Part shown: piece by piece, positions 35,982 to 48,479 of the stretch | How positions within the stretch are numbered: the stretch's first letter is position 1 | Layout of the letters: each line of letters begins with the position of its first letter | DNA from: Anthoceros angustus | Lineage: Eukaryota; Plantae; Anthocerotophyta | Reading direction: 5' to 3' | Length of the DNA: 64,000 nt | Assembly: GCA_010909165.1 (NCBI GenBank) | Contig: MU008195.1 | Location: 248,001 to 312,000 of the forward strand | The notes under the pieces: generated by a model | Databases searched by the model: none | Seen by the model: the letters and a program-made list of their open reading frames with translations, nothing else | What the model was told of the DNA's origin: nothing | Translations under genes and position numbers: made by a program

Positions 35982-38239
35982 ATGGTTGGTGACAGGCCCA
36001 CACCGTCCGGCAACGGCAGTTTTGAAGCCGGTCCGTCGGGGGATGGTGGAGATGGAGGCCCGCTCCACCACAATGGCGGGCGTATGGTGCGCAGTTTGGT
36101 GCTCAAGGCGGTGTGCCTCCTAGGTGGTGCGTTTTTGATCCGCAGGCTTACCAAGACCACCACCCGGTGGGAGCACACGCGCATTGTTGCCCAGGCCCTG
36201 AGCGGGGAAAAGGTTGGTTCCTCGCCATTATGGCCGAACGTTTCATCAATCTGCTTGGATGGGTCTGGGGTTCCCGGTCCTTCTTTGTGTAGGGTCGAAT
36301 GCATGCTCGCGGCGTCCCAGACATCCGTTCTGCGGTCGATTGTACATTAGGTCTAAACTCAAGCTCGTTGAGAATGGCGAAGGCGGTACCTGCAATCGTC
36401 CTTTTTCTCTTCTGTGAAACGTGGTGTGCTCACAGGGTTGGGGAACCATTGGATTTAGGCGTAGACGATTCATGGGTTTGTGTCAATTGAGCTCTCTCAT
36501 GAGAGTGTGATGGGAGATATGCCTCCTCTTCGTGAGTAAGCATCGCTCTGCTCCTAGGTTCTCTTGCACTGGTTTTACGAGTATGACTCCCAGGGTTAGC
36601 ACAGCACAGTGAACTAAAGTGACAGACTCCTACAGGGCTTCATTCAATGGTCAGCAGCAATTGCGTCGCAGAGAGCTGAAATTGGTCTTCTGCACTTACT
36701 CACCTGGAATGTCGCCCGTTTTCTTGCAGTTTTCTACAGGTCAGGCAGCTCGGGATCCAATGACTTACTTCAACCTTCGGTAAGCATTTGGCACAGTCGT
36801 TGGTCGTTTTCGGGTCTTTCATGTTCTTGACCGCTGGTAATTTACATGCCTCTATGTCTATTGTGCTTGAACTGGAGCAAGTAAACACCTGTCAGTGCAA
36901 ATTATGTTGTCAAGGTTGTGATTCTCATCCTACCCTAACTTGCAGGTTACTTACTTGTCCAGCAACTGTTCTTGCTGATGGAGCCAGAGTGTTGTACTTC
37001 GAACAGGTGACTTTGATTATTTGCACTATTTTGTGACATCTGAATGCAGCATCTGCTATTAGTGCTTTTCTGTCTGCATCTAGCGGTCGATATTTTGTTG
37101 GAGTTTTTATGAGTTGGGTGGTATGCTGTTTGCTATCATTCATACTCCCTGTGTCATTCATGTTTTAGGCCTTTTGGAGAACACCTGAACGGCCCTACCG
37201 GCAGGTAGCAATCTTGTACCAAGAAAAAATTGTTGATCTATTTAGAGACATCTAGGGTTGATACAGGAAGTCAGATGTGCTAGGTCTTCTGGGCTAAGAA
37301 GTACCTTATACTGACTGTTTGATCCAGAGGTTCTACTTGGTCAAGCCCTGCCCAAAGGAAATGAAGTGCGACGTGGAGGTAGGTGCATGTTTTGTTTGGA
37401 AACTTTTGCCTCGTGGGTATGCACATCGAAGGAGCACTTTTCTCACAAGCTTGTGCAGCTTGGTTGAGGTTAGCTCAATGTTAAGAATCTGATCAGGAGC
37501 TGGGCTTGGAAATACAGGTGGCTTCATACGCTGTGAGGGATATTGAAGAATACAGGAACTTCTGTGACCGACCCAAAAATCAGCGGCCTCAGCCAGAGGA
37601 AATTGTTGGGGTATTAAGTCGTGCTATAGTTCTCCTCAAACCAATGTTGCACAGTTGGAGCTTGAACGCATGTTGTCAGCCATAGAGAGTTTTCAGGGGC
37701 AATTTCTCAATCCATGGTTTTTATGATCGAACTTGCAGGATATGGCTGAACATCTTACTACAGTTTACCTGTCTCATTGTGAGCGGGGCCGACGCTGCCT
37801 GTACGAAGGATCGACTCCACCTGGTGGATTTCCAAATTCATGGGTACAACATTATCTGATACAACCTCTTGGGATGTGGTCAAGTGTGTACTTCTGGCGG
37901 CCGTGTTATAGCTGTGTGGATGTATGTGGCAGAATGGTGCCACTCGCTGCACATCAGAATTGACAATCTATAGGAACGGGGAGATACATTGCTGGGATCG
38001 TGCGTATGATGATGAGGGCAATCAGGTTCGTACGTTTCATCACAATTTTGAAGAGGTCTCTTCTGTCTGTCAAGCCTTCACAAGTGTATGACATCTTGCC
38101 TGCATGTTGTGAATTCTAGGTTTGGGGAGTTCGACAAGGGCCTTACGAGTTCAAGCCTGCGTCTTCCTCTTGTCCAACGGGGTCATACTACAACAACGAC
38201 CTGGAAGACAAGTCCTCCGCAGTCACTCTGACGACTTGA
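35982..38239 (+). CDS. CRL: CRUMPLED LEAF, CpcT/CpeT-family chromophore-lyase-like plastid envelope protein, 279 aa, 9 exons
   Basis: Exons 35982-36212, 36730-36779, 36946-37006, 37169-37204, 37328-37378, 37518-37610, 37739-37843, 37933-38025, 38120-38239, all GT-AG, total 840 nt. Translation: LVLKAVCLLGGAFLIRRLTKTTTRWEHTRIVAQALSGEKFSTGQAARDPMTYFNLR..AFWRTPERPYRQRFYLVKPCPKEMKCDVE..YEGSTPPGGFPNSWNGA..VWGVRQGPYEFKP, matching Arabidopsis CRL as I recall it. Confidence 0.93.
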
Positions 38240-39109
38240 GATGCTGTGGCATGTTTTTGCTGGACAAAGATGTGCACGGATGGGGTAAATAGAGCAAAAC
38301 GTGTGAAAACTCATCTGTGCAGGGAGTTGATGCGAAGAGACTTCTCAGGGCAGCATTTCGTTATTTGACGACTCTCCTCTCCCACAGGCTGTGAAAGGAT
38401 TAGGGACCTGGGAGCATTGATGACTCTCTTGTGCCATAGGCAATCAAGCTGCAATCATCACCGCCATTGGAAAGCTGTGCTGCACCCATGTGTCTCCTGA
38501 TTCTCGTCTAGGGTTTGGCTCTCAATTGGGCAGCCAGCCTTGTGCCCAGCTTCGGGAATGCTGGATGGGGCCGGGACCGGGCCTGCATGCTGAAGTGCAA
38601 GAGATTCTTCCGAAAAGCCGAGCCAGGAGTTGTCTCTTCCAGCTTTTTGAATTATTCTCAGCATGTTACAGGGAATTAAATAGGTAGTAGGCGAGGTGAA
38701 TAAGATTTCGTGTTTTACAGGCTTTAAAGCTTCGCTTCTATGTAGAAGCTTTCGGTAATAAATGGTAGCACTGGCTTCGAGCTGGGTGCACTAAACAACT
38801 AGCAGACTAGAACCGCGCTCTGGTGTTGACGGACGAGAGCGAGGTTCTAGTCTGCTTGTCCCGGGGCCGTCCTCCTCCTGCTTCGTCTTGCCGGTAAGCG
38901 GCACCCTCCTGCTCACGTCTTTGCCAAAGCAAGCAAGACATCCATGCGTCTGCCTCCGTCTCAGTCCGCCCTCTCGGAAACAGGCGACATGGTTTCTGGG
39001 GTGCAGGGATGGTGGATACTTATTTCCCTGTACATGTATCCATTATTCCATCGCATTCAAGTGCTGCAAGCTCCATCTTTGGATGAGTTGCTAGAAGTAC
39101 AGGGGGCTG

Positions 39110-42100
39110 TCACCTGCAACACAAGTACTAGCATCCTTTTCAGCAAGATGACAAACCTAGCTGCACAAATGACAAGTTTATGTATGAGTTCCAATGGTTG
39201 CTCTAAACGTGGTCATGGGAATTCTACAACAACAGATGCAGATGCAGCATCCAGAAGTATGCAATACGCATGTGTTTGTCTGGTATACCTCTTGCGTTTA
39301 GTCTTGGCTGCGGCTGCCGCAGAAGGATTAGCATGCCAGTTGCGTTTGCGCTGGTTGATGAACCAGTTGTTGATTTGCTTCAGCTCCAGACCAGTCTCCT
39401 GCACCAGGCGTGCCTTCTCGTCTTCCTGTGCACAGAGGAAGAACAGGAGCAGCAAAAGTTGAATGAGCGGACACTGGTGGATGGAATAATCTCTTCCGGG
39501 TACCTAGACTGCATCTCCCTAAACATGAATATAGGTCCTAACCATGGCAAGTATATCACTGCCGGGTACAAAACATCTGTGGAGCATATACCGTAGGGTA
39601 GGGCCACTTAGCATGCGCATGCCACCATGTTTTCAGCACCGTAGTTGTATCACCTGGCAGCTTGCCGGCTCGACGCTTGCGCAGTATCTCCTCCCTCACG
39701 TCAATGATCTTGGCTTTGTATCCCTGCGCCCAAATCATCACTATTAGCAATCAAGCAGAGTTCCACCAGGCAGCATCACACACCACCTCCACCGTGCTTC
39801 TGTCTCATAAGAAGAGGCTTCTCATGATGATATCAGCTGGCGGAGGTATGTGAGCTTGCAAGAATCTAAACGGCCCTCATATAATAAATGTCTGTCTCCA
39901 CTCTCGTGAAATGCACGCAGGCCTGTGCCATTTTCACTCCTGCATATATATATGCAACTCTGGCAGGTTCTAAAGCTGATCAATGGATTGCCACACATGG
40001 ACATATGTAGGAATCCTGCAGATCTGATCAGAGTCTTGATCGATATATATACAGATTCTGTTGCAGCACAAACAGAATCATGACAACTCCAAAACGCTTT
40101 ACTCTCAAACGCCAGATCATACAATGAGGTGCGCATGCACTGCAGCAGTGGGTCCACCGCACCTTGCATGACACTCCTCATCCAGAAGGAAAACGAAAAA
40201 CACGATAAGTACTTACTGGTCAACGGATCCCTGACGTCAAATTTAAGATACGTCTGGGATCGTATAATATATATTAATGGGATCTCCTGCAGAATAAGTA
40301 TGTCTCTATCCAGAGACAGTCCATCTATGCTAGAGTGTTCCGGACTGGCCTGGCTGCCATGGCTAAGTATACTAGTCAGAGTTTTCGGCTTGCCTGTTTG
40401 AGCTCTGCCTTAAGCTCCTGCCGCACGCGTTCCATGAGAGTGCGCTCTGTTTCAGTAGGTATCAATGGCCCGAAGCCCCCATTCTCGGCCCCATCCAGGC
40501 TGGGATCATAAGCAGATAAATCACTATCTCCATGTGCCTCATCCTCGTCATCTGACATCAGGCAACCAGAAGTTTGTCCAGATTCACCTGCCCCTGAAGA
40601 CACCCATCACATTTCAGTCAATCTCTTGAACCCTCGTTCCAACTGTCAATGCAGGCACCTAAGATGGCATCTACTATGCAAGCTTTGTGCTGGAATACGG
40701 GGGGCTTACGAACGCCAGTCAGCTCTTCAAGTTGCTTCTCCAGGTCGTAGCAAGACATTACAGCCTCCATAGCATGTACTCGAACATGTTGCTGCAGCTG
40801 GTCCTTGAAAGAACGAAGCAGCATGACGTTGTCCGCCTGCACATGTAAAACAGCGACTTATATATGTCAGCCTCTCTCTACATATATATAAGCATTGATT
40901 GGTTCTAGATAAAGGTGGCTCCATCGAAGTCACCATATATTGCTCCAGCTCCTCCTTGTCTGGATTGTCTTCTGGTCGTGAATCCAGGCTCAATGCCTGA
41001 TACTTGCTGATTACAAGGTGTGACTGCGACAGCTGAGCATCGATGGTTCCCAGCTGGTCCACAGGTGTTGCGATGCGCAAGCAAGCGACATGAGCAGACA
41101 GAAGCTCGGGAAACAGAGGGTGCGCTACAATATCCGCTTTCCTCTTTGCCAACACCCAGTTCTCTTGGTCCTCTGTGTCGTGGTTGGGCTCACTGCTGTT
41201 GTCGCCATCTAGAAAATGTAGCAAGAGGGCAGCTTAAAAGCCTATAGCGAGCACTCACAAAGCACGCATTTCTAGATCTATGCAGATCTGCTCAAGGCGT
41301 TCTACTGTGAACTCGTCCCCGTCCAAAGGCGAGACATTTCTGGAAGGGGGGGTTTGGTTTCACTATCATGCTGTTGAAAAGTCCTCCGACTGCAAGATCA
41401 AGTCTTAGCTACAGCTCCAAGGGTAGAACAGGCTGATAAACAGGTCTCGACAGGCAGATACAAGATTGCAAATTACCACCATTTTCGTCTCCTCCCTGTC
41501 CTTGCCTATAACCATTCTCAGCACTGTCATACTGAGTCCTCAAGCTTGATCCATTGTACATGGAAGTGTTCTTGAACCCCTGCTGCACCAGATCTCCCCC
41601 TTGAGGAGGCGACGCACTGCCATTGCTTCCATTCTCGTAGTGTGCTGCATCAACAATAACGGCTTCAGCAAGAAACAGGAAAGTACGAAGACGGCAAGTA
41701 TGTAACAAGACAGCTGAATTGGGAAAGTCCTACCGACGGGCATTGAAAGCCAGTGCGCACTGTAGCTTCCATTTTCCTGGCCTCCATTTGAGCCCATATT
41801 TGATTCTGCTTCAATATCCAGCCGCCACCACACAAGAACGACAGCATTATCTCGAGCGCAAGCAACTGGACAACGTTTGAGCAGTGAGAAAAAAGCAACA
41901 CAGGAAGCGGGCCTCACCTCCTGTCCCGTTCCCTGCAGCTGAAGCTTGCTGTGCCTGCAGTCGCAGGACGGCATTGGCGAGCCAGGTTGGACGCTTGATC
42001 ATCTGGGCAGGGTCGGGCTGGAAAGCAGCCTGAAGCAGGCTCCTGTTGCTCTCAGCAGCACGGTCTGCCAAAGGACTGCCCTCGACCTTGGTGTCCTCCC

Positions 42101-42353
42101 CTTGGGCTGGGCGCGGGCCGCCGAAGATCAGGTCACAGTCAGTCTGCTCCTCCCTCCGTCCCCGACCCTGCTCCCCGCCCTCACTATGCCCGAGTGTACA
42201 CTCTTCTTGCTCCTCCTTCATCGCCACCAGCGGCATCCTCGTCTCCACCTGGTCGCCAGATCTGCGACCGAACAGCGCCGACCCCGAGCCCTCTCTCTGC
42301 ACCGGCTGCTCCTGAGCTGAGGAATGTGTGGCGGTCGAGGACGACGTCATCAT
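39110..42353 (-). CDS. KNOX2: Class II KNOX homeodomain transcription factor (KNAT3-like), multi-exon
   Basis: KNOX1 domain [30 protein letters not shown]; KNOX2 domain [23 protein letters not shown]; ELK LKAELKQ|[13 protein letters not shown]; homeodomain [30 protein letters not shown]|[31 protein letters not shown]. The stop is in a 4-nt terminal coding exon (39113-39110). The start codon is tentative. Confidence 0.95.
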
Positions 42354-43646
42354 GCTGCAATAAGCTGCAACCACCTCCTTCGAACGAGCTCACAGATCCT
42401 TGTACAAGGTGAGCTCTCCTCAACACAACCTCCTTCTCATTTCAATCTTCTCCCACTGCTTAACGCCATGGACATGCAGGGGTCGCCATTGGTTCTTCTG
42501 CTGCGCTCCCCTTCCTCAACAAAATGCCAATGCCCCTCCCCGGGCTCTCTCCCGCACTCTCACTGTATCCTCATTCTTGTGGCAGACGACACAGCAGCCA
42601 AGCATAAACATGCGACAACAAGCCGGGATCCTGAGGCCGACCTCACCTGCAGACTTACAAGCGGCATCAGCACATTCACCTCCTTACTTCCCTCCAGGTT
42701 TCAACTGCCACCCATCAACATCACCGCTATGGTAATCAGCTGTCCAGCGATGTGACAGTCTCAGAAAGTACATGATTTAAGACATCGTGCAGCTGCAGGC
42801 TCAGCATTGCATGCAAGAGCGAGCAAGGAGAAGGAAGAAAATGCGGCAACCTAGGAAACAGCATACCTCGAGCGGGTGGACAGCAGGCAGAGGAGAGCAG
42901 AGCAGGGGACTGCGCCAGAGGCGAGAAGGAGCGAGGCAGATTTGCGAGAGGAAGGGAAGTAGAAGACGGTCCCGTCGCTGTCATGGTGACGACGAGCTGT
43001 ACACTGCGGTAAATGTAGGCGGTAGATATTCGGCCGGATTCGGCCGTGAAGATAATAAACCTTTGTATCTCTGCTTATCGGTTGCATTCAAAAACCAGCT
43101 TATGCTATCCGTGCACTGCCACGAAATCAAATTTGCCTGGGCCAACTCCACCCTTTTGCTGCTGCCTTCCCACCCCGATGTGACGGCTTCCAACCCCCTC
43201 ACGGACCATTAGACGCCGGCTGTCCTGCTGCCAGGACGGCATCGCCGGAATAGACGCCGGCAATTCAGTGCAGTGCGGTGCAGGCCAGTGCGGTGCAGGC
43301 GGTGCAGTCTTGCCGCGCAAGATCCGGATGTGGCCGCGGCGTCGGGAGACAGGAGTTCTTGCAACGAAAATGAAAGGCATTGATAACAGACTCTCGTCAC
43401 GGATCTTGGGAGCCGCAAGTCAGCCTGCTCTTGTCTGCAGTCCTTCGTGGGGTTTTCAGGCAATGCAGGAAAGATGGATGCACAGAGATGAGTCAGGGAG
43501 CCAAACCCTAGAGAGTGCGTCGCACACTTCTCCAGGACCTTTCCTTGTCGATTGAGAGCAGGAATGGGACAGTTAGGTAGACTACAATAATTTTACAGTT
43601 GGAAACCATAGCTGGAAGCAAGGTGTTCAAAGATGTAAAGTTCTTG

Positions 43647-46220
43647 TTATTCCGCGTCCGCAAGGGCCTCCAGCTTTGCCAGCAGTTTCTTGCGGTCCTC
43701 TGCGGTGAGGACGGCGTCCTCCTTCATCAGCCGTTGCCTCAGCTTCCAATTCTCTCCACTTGTTCCGATGATCTGATGGCCCGCAGATCTGGTAGTCAGG
43801 ATGGTGCCTCGTGTGGCCAATGTCCAGAACGGGTGGGCAAGGTGGTGTGGTAAGAGTGGTACCTCTACGTAGTTGTTCGTGTTGCCCTCGTTGTTGGTCA
43901 CAGTGAGAGCATCAGGGTTGTATGTCCATCGTCCATCGACGATGTATTTGTACTCGTATCTTCCCACCTGATACACACGACAAGGCCGGGGATCAGAGTT
44001 TGGAACTTTCGAACTTTTCACATCACTAGGGTACTGAAAGATGATCACGCACAGGCAAGTCTCGTGTGAGCTCCCATACACCTTGCTGCATGTTATAGTT
44101 GAACTTAAGGCGCTGGAGTAACAGGAGCCGAGGTTAGCACTAAAGCTGGGAAGAGACAGGCGTCCGAAGATTTACATGCATCTGACGTGTGGCTCGCTAA
44201 TTTTCTTACCTGACCCCAGCCTACATCGAGCCCTGAGATCTCTACAGTGTGGCAGATTCCCCTTCTCCAGGTTAGAGTCACGGATTCCTTCTCACCGTCT
44301 GTGAGCTGGTCATAGCAACCAAGTGTCAGAACCCTAATCGCCACACGATGACACTAGTGACAGCATGTTCAAGGACATGGACAATACTCCTACATCATCC
44401 CGAACTAGGAGTCTTGCCCTTAGTGGCAGTACCAAGCTTTTTGCCAGACCTTGGCCGTCCTTACAGCTGGTATAGTGAGGATATCCAACTTCTACACAGA
44501 AACTGTCTGCAGTTGCCGACGGACAAGCCAGCATCAGGAGAGTATTAACTAGTGCAACCACAAGGGGACACCTTACCAAATCACATGTGGCACTCCTGAT
44601 GGCCTCCAGCTTGGGATAGCATCTCCGAACTTTCTACAACATTCATCACAAAGCTATCGTCGTCAGTACACAGTAAACCAGATCTCAAAACCAACTTTTG
44701 CTTCAGCCGCTCACCTGAAGCATCATGTTTGCCTCATTGAGAGGGATTCCACGAACCCAGTACATGTAAGCCATCTAACAGAATCACAAGCCAGCAAGTT
44801 TTCAGTCCTGTGAACCCCAAGGCAATGAATGCTGCACTGGGAACCACATGTTTCACTAATACTCACTGCTGTAGCAGGAGCCCTACCCAGCCCCGCAGTA
44901 CAGTGCACATACGCTGCTCCCTTCCCCCTCTGCTTGGCTGCATGCAATTTTGCAACTGCGATTGGTAGCCGCATACGTAAATCAAACGGATCAAAGTCCC
45001 TGCACACAATTTCTTGGATTCAGACGTATGCTCAACCACACAATCAGGTGAGATTCAAGGTACGAAAACCGAAAGCTAACACAGCCACTTTCTACAAATC
45101 TTGATCGTGTTGTAAATTGTTACGAAGAGCTATCACTACCTTATGGGAGCTCGCACATGCTCCATTCCATGGAGCCCTTTGATGTGATTCTGAATGGCAC
45201 CAATATCAACACTGAAGTATCTGCTGTGTGTTCAGGAAGTCAGCCATTAACATGTGGAGATTGGATAACAATGAACATTGGACAGACAAGGCTATGAGTG
45301 CGAAGATGCATCACATACACCACCTGGAATGGACAAACACATTGTGAAGGATACGCAAGATCTGGATCCTGCTGCAGGCAGAAGACTGTACTAACTCCCG
45401 CCTTATGCAATTTGTCCGCATCAGCAGGGTTCTGCAGCCACAAAGTATGAGCTCAGCTTGCCATACACCGCACTCAACAAGGTGACTTGTCCCAAAGATG
45501 AGGGCATTGCATCGCACATCCACCTATTCGACAGACGACAGACGTACTTGTAGGCAAGACCCCACAATCAGGTCGGGTAGAACATAAGCATAATTCATGC
45601 CCAACTCGTGTCTATATGTCAGTGCTGCACAGAGATCAGGGGTAGATGGTGCACATGTGAGATAACCATCAAGAGCCAGTAAAGCACACGAATCCAAAGA
45701 GTTGAGACTGCACGTACGCGGCCCTCCCATAGCTTGCTGCATTGTTGCGCTGTACTCCTCAGTCTTCTCCTTGACATCATCCTGCGCAAAAGATCCCGAA
45801 CACCACGACACCAAACATCAGAAATTCATCCCCATGCAGCAGCATTTCTTGCCACACACAATTGGGATGAAATTCAAACCTTAGAATCCTTGTCCTGAGA
45901 GGAAGCAGTGGCGATCCCGGGCCCGTCGCTTGCAGACTGGGATTGTGCCCGCACTGGCCAGAGATGACAAAGAGGTTTCAGAGGTAGTGCCCACAAAAAC
46001 AGTGCTCCCATCCAACACCAAGACTGGATCCACACTCACCCACGCCCTTCCTGGACAACGGATTCCTCGACATCACGGAATGCATCTGCGAACAGCACGG
46101 TGCCAGAGAGTGCTGCACACGCACAGCGGGGGCCCAGCGAGCACCCTCCCTCGTAGGCACACACGAGGAGCAGCTCAGTCCCGCTCCCGGCAGCACAACT
46201 CCGCAGAGCACAGCCGCCAT
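43647..46220 (-). CDS. SEX4: Phosphoglucan phosphatase SEX4/DSP4 (transit peptide, dual-specificity phosphatase, CBM48), multi-exon
   Basis: [24 protein letters not shown]; [12 protein letters not shown]; catalytic [12 protein letters not shown]; [12 protein letters not shown]|[20 protein letters not shown]|[14 protein letters not shown]. Confidence 0.93.
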
Positions 46221-46994
46221 GCCGATTCCAAGCAGATTGCTGCGCCTGAATTTTGGGCTGGAATTACCAAATGCTGTGAGTCAAGCAGAAGCATGGAGTC
46301 GCATCATCTCTGTTCTCAAGGTCGATGGGTCGGGGCAAAGGCCTCGCTACGGCTCCACACCACTTGGCTTGTCCCAAGCTTGACAATGCACACCCCAAGA
46401 TTTCCACAGACTGCCAAGCTCCCGAATTCTGGGATCGATGTGATGGGTGGTGTGCACTCCTGCTATCCCCTCTGCTCATTTGCTCGTTGCTGCCCTAGCG
46501 AGTTTTGTTTGGCATGTCCTAGGAATCTATCACCATTTGCTTAGTGGAACAACAACCACAAACATAACTAACTGCACCATGGGCTTAACATTGCTGTGGA
46601 CTTGCCACAGCCCGGACTGACATGCAGATGTACAATTGGTGGAGCTGCCATTGCCTTTCTCATCCCACACCCAAATTCGACACATGGGGGATGGGAAGTG
46701 GTCACAAGAACAAACGGTTACGGAAAAGGGTGGCCATCGCTACCAATAGAATATGCTAGTCACCCTACACATCCCGGCTTGCTTGCTTGGGCGACGAGTC
46801 GTGGGAAGGGGAGCGAAAACCTAGACCAATGAGCAATCGGCATGTAGGGAAAATCGGAAAGCAGCACAGTGGTTTACAACTTTACAGCAAAGCCTAAATC
46901 GGAAAATATAGAAATTGAAATACACTCGAGTTGAAGACATAACGATGTGCAAAATACGCAAAGTCCTTTCCCGTGTAACAAAATACGAAGGGTA

Positions 46995-47312
46995 AAAACT
47001 CCAAAAAATGGGGGAAGGAGTACAAAAAAGGGTCCTAGATGACCAAGAGGAGGAAGGATGAAGAAAATGCACTCCAAAAAATGGGGGAAAGAGTACAAAA
47101 AAGGGTCCTAGCTGAGCAAGAGGAGCAAGGATGAAGAAAATACACTCCAAAAAATGGGGGAAAGAGTACCAAAAAGGGTCCTAGCTTAATCTCACGGAAG
47201 GATAAAAGTTTAGCAAGAGGAGCAAGAATGAAGGAAATATACTCCAAAAAATGGGGGAAAGAGTACAAAAAAGGGTCCTAGCTGAGCAAGAGGAGCAAGG
47301 ATGAAGAAAATA
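46995..47312. repeat. ~72-bp tandem repeat, 4 copies (ACTCCAAAAAATGGGGGAAAGAGTACAAAAAAGGGTCCTAG...)
   Basis: Units start near 46998, 47071, 47143 and 47240; the third carries an insertion. Confidence 0.88.
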
Positions 47313-47802
47313 TTTACATACGACCCTTACCGCCAATCACTAAAGTCTGCCCAGGGTTTTATGCTGCGCTGGAGGTCATTTCTCGGAAAGGAATGAAGAT
47401 AGAATTATGTGGGATGCAATGTTTCTTAGAAAGGCATGGAGATAGAATTATACAGGACGCAATGTTTAGCATAAGACAATGAAAGAACCATTAAGTTCAT
47501 CATCATGCTTAGGATCAAAAGATGAAAGAAGCAACAAGTTCCTCATCCAAGACCTAAGAAAGGGGCTTTGACACTCAAGTTCTAACATGCGAGTGTTTAT
47601 TAATCGAGCTTTTAACTTCTTTTAAGGACATAAAATGTGGCTATATAGATGGAGCTTTTTAGTTTTTATCTAATACGTAAAGTGTTGTGTGTCTATATAG
47701 GTATATGGAGCTTCTCTTGTGACGATTTGCAATTACATATTTATGTAGCTCGTTTTGTACGAGAAGGATTGTTACTTGTAATTCTTATTGGTATAATGTG
47801 TT

Positions 47803-48160
47803 TGGCCCACTACTGGAGCTGAGCACAGCCAACTATGTCAAAGAAGAAGGGCACCATGTTGCAAAAGGAGCGCCATGTTATGGTCTCATGTTCAATGAGG
47901 CTTGTTTGGAAGATCCCTCGAGATTGACGCTATCGGACCGACAGGTCTACATAAAACATATTAGACATAGAAAGGTTGAACGGCCCACTACTGGAGCTGA
48001 GCACAGCCAACTTTGTCAAAGAAGAAGGGCACCATGTTGCAAAAGGAGCGTCATGTTATGGTCTCATGTTCAATGAGGCTTGTTTGGAAGATCCCCCGAG
48101 ATTGACGCTGTCGGACCGACAAGTCTACATAAAACATATTAGACATAGAAAGGTTGAACA
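47803..48160. repeat. 178-bp direct tandem duplication
   Basis: GGCCCACTACTGGAGCTGAGCACAGCCAAC...AGAAAGGTTGAAC occurs twice with a few substitutions. Confidence 0.9.
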
Positions 48161-48479
48161 AGTCAACAGCAAGAATATTTAAATAAAGTCATCAAAAGGA
48201 ATAGCGATCTCCAGTTGTAGTAAGAGTGTTGTAATTTCCTCTAACTAAAGTTAGACCCATTTGTAAAAGGTAGCCCCTCCTTGTAGTGTACGGTGTTTGA
48301 TGAGGAATTGAAGTGAACTGGTGTCCCATGACGAAGAATCCAATGGATATGAAGCGACGCTTGATATCCATTGGATTCTTCGCCATGGAACACCAAAGGT
48401 AAACTTGCACATATCATGACCCTGAATTTTTAGACTTGTCTTACTTTGCTGATCATCTAAGAGCACTTTAGCAACAGTG

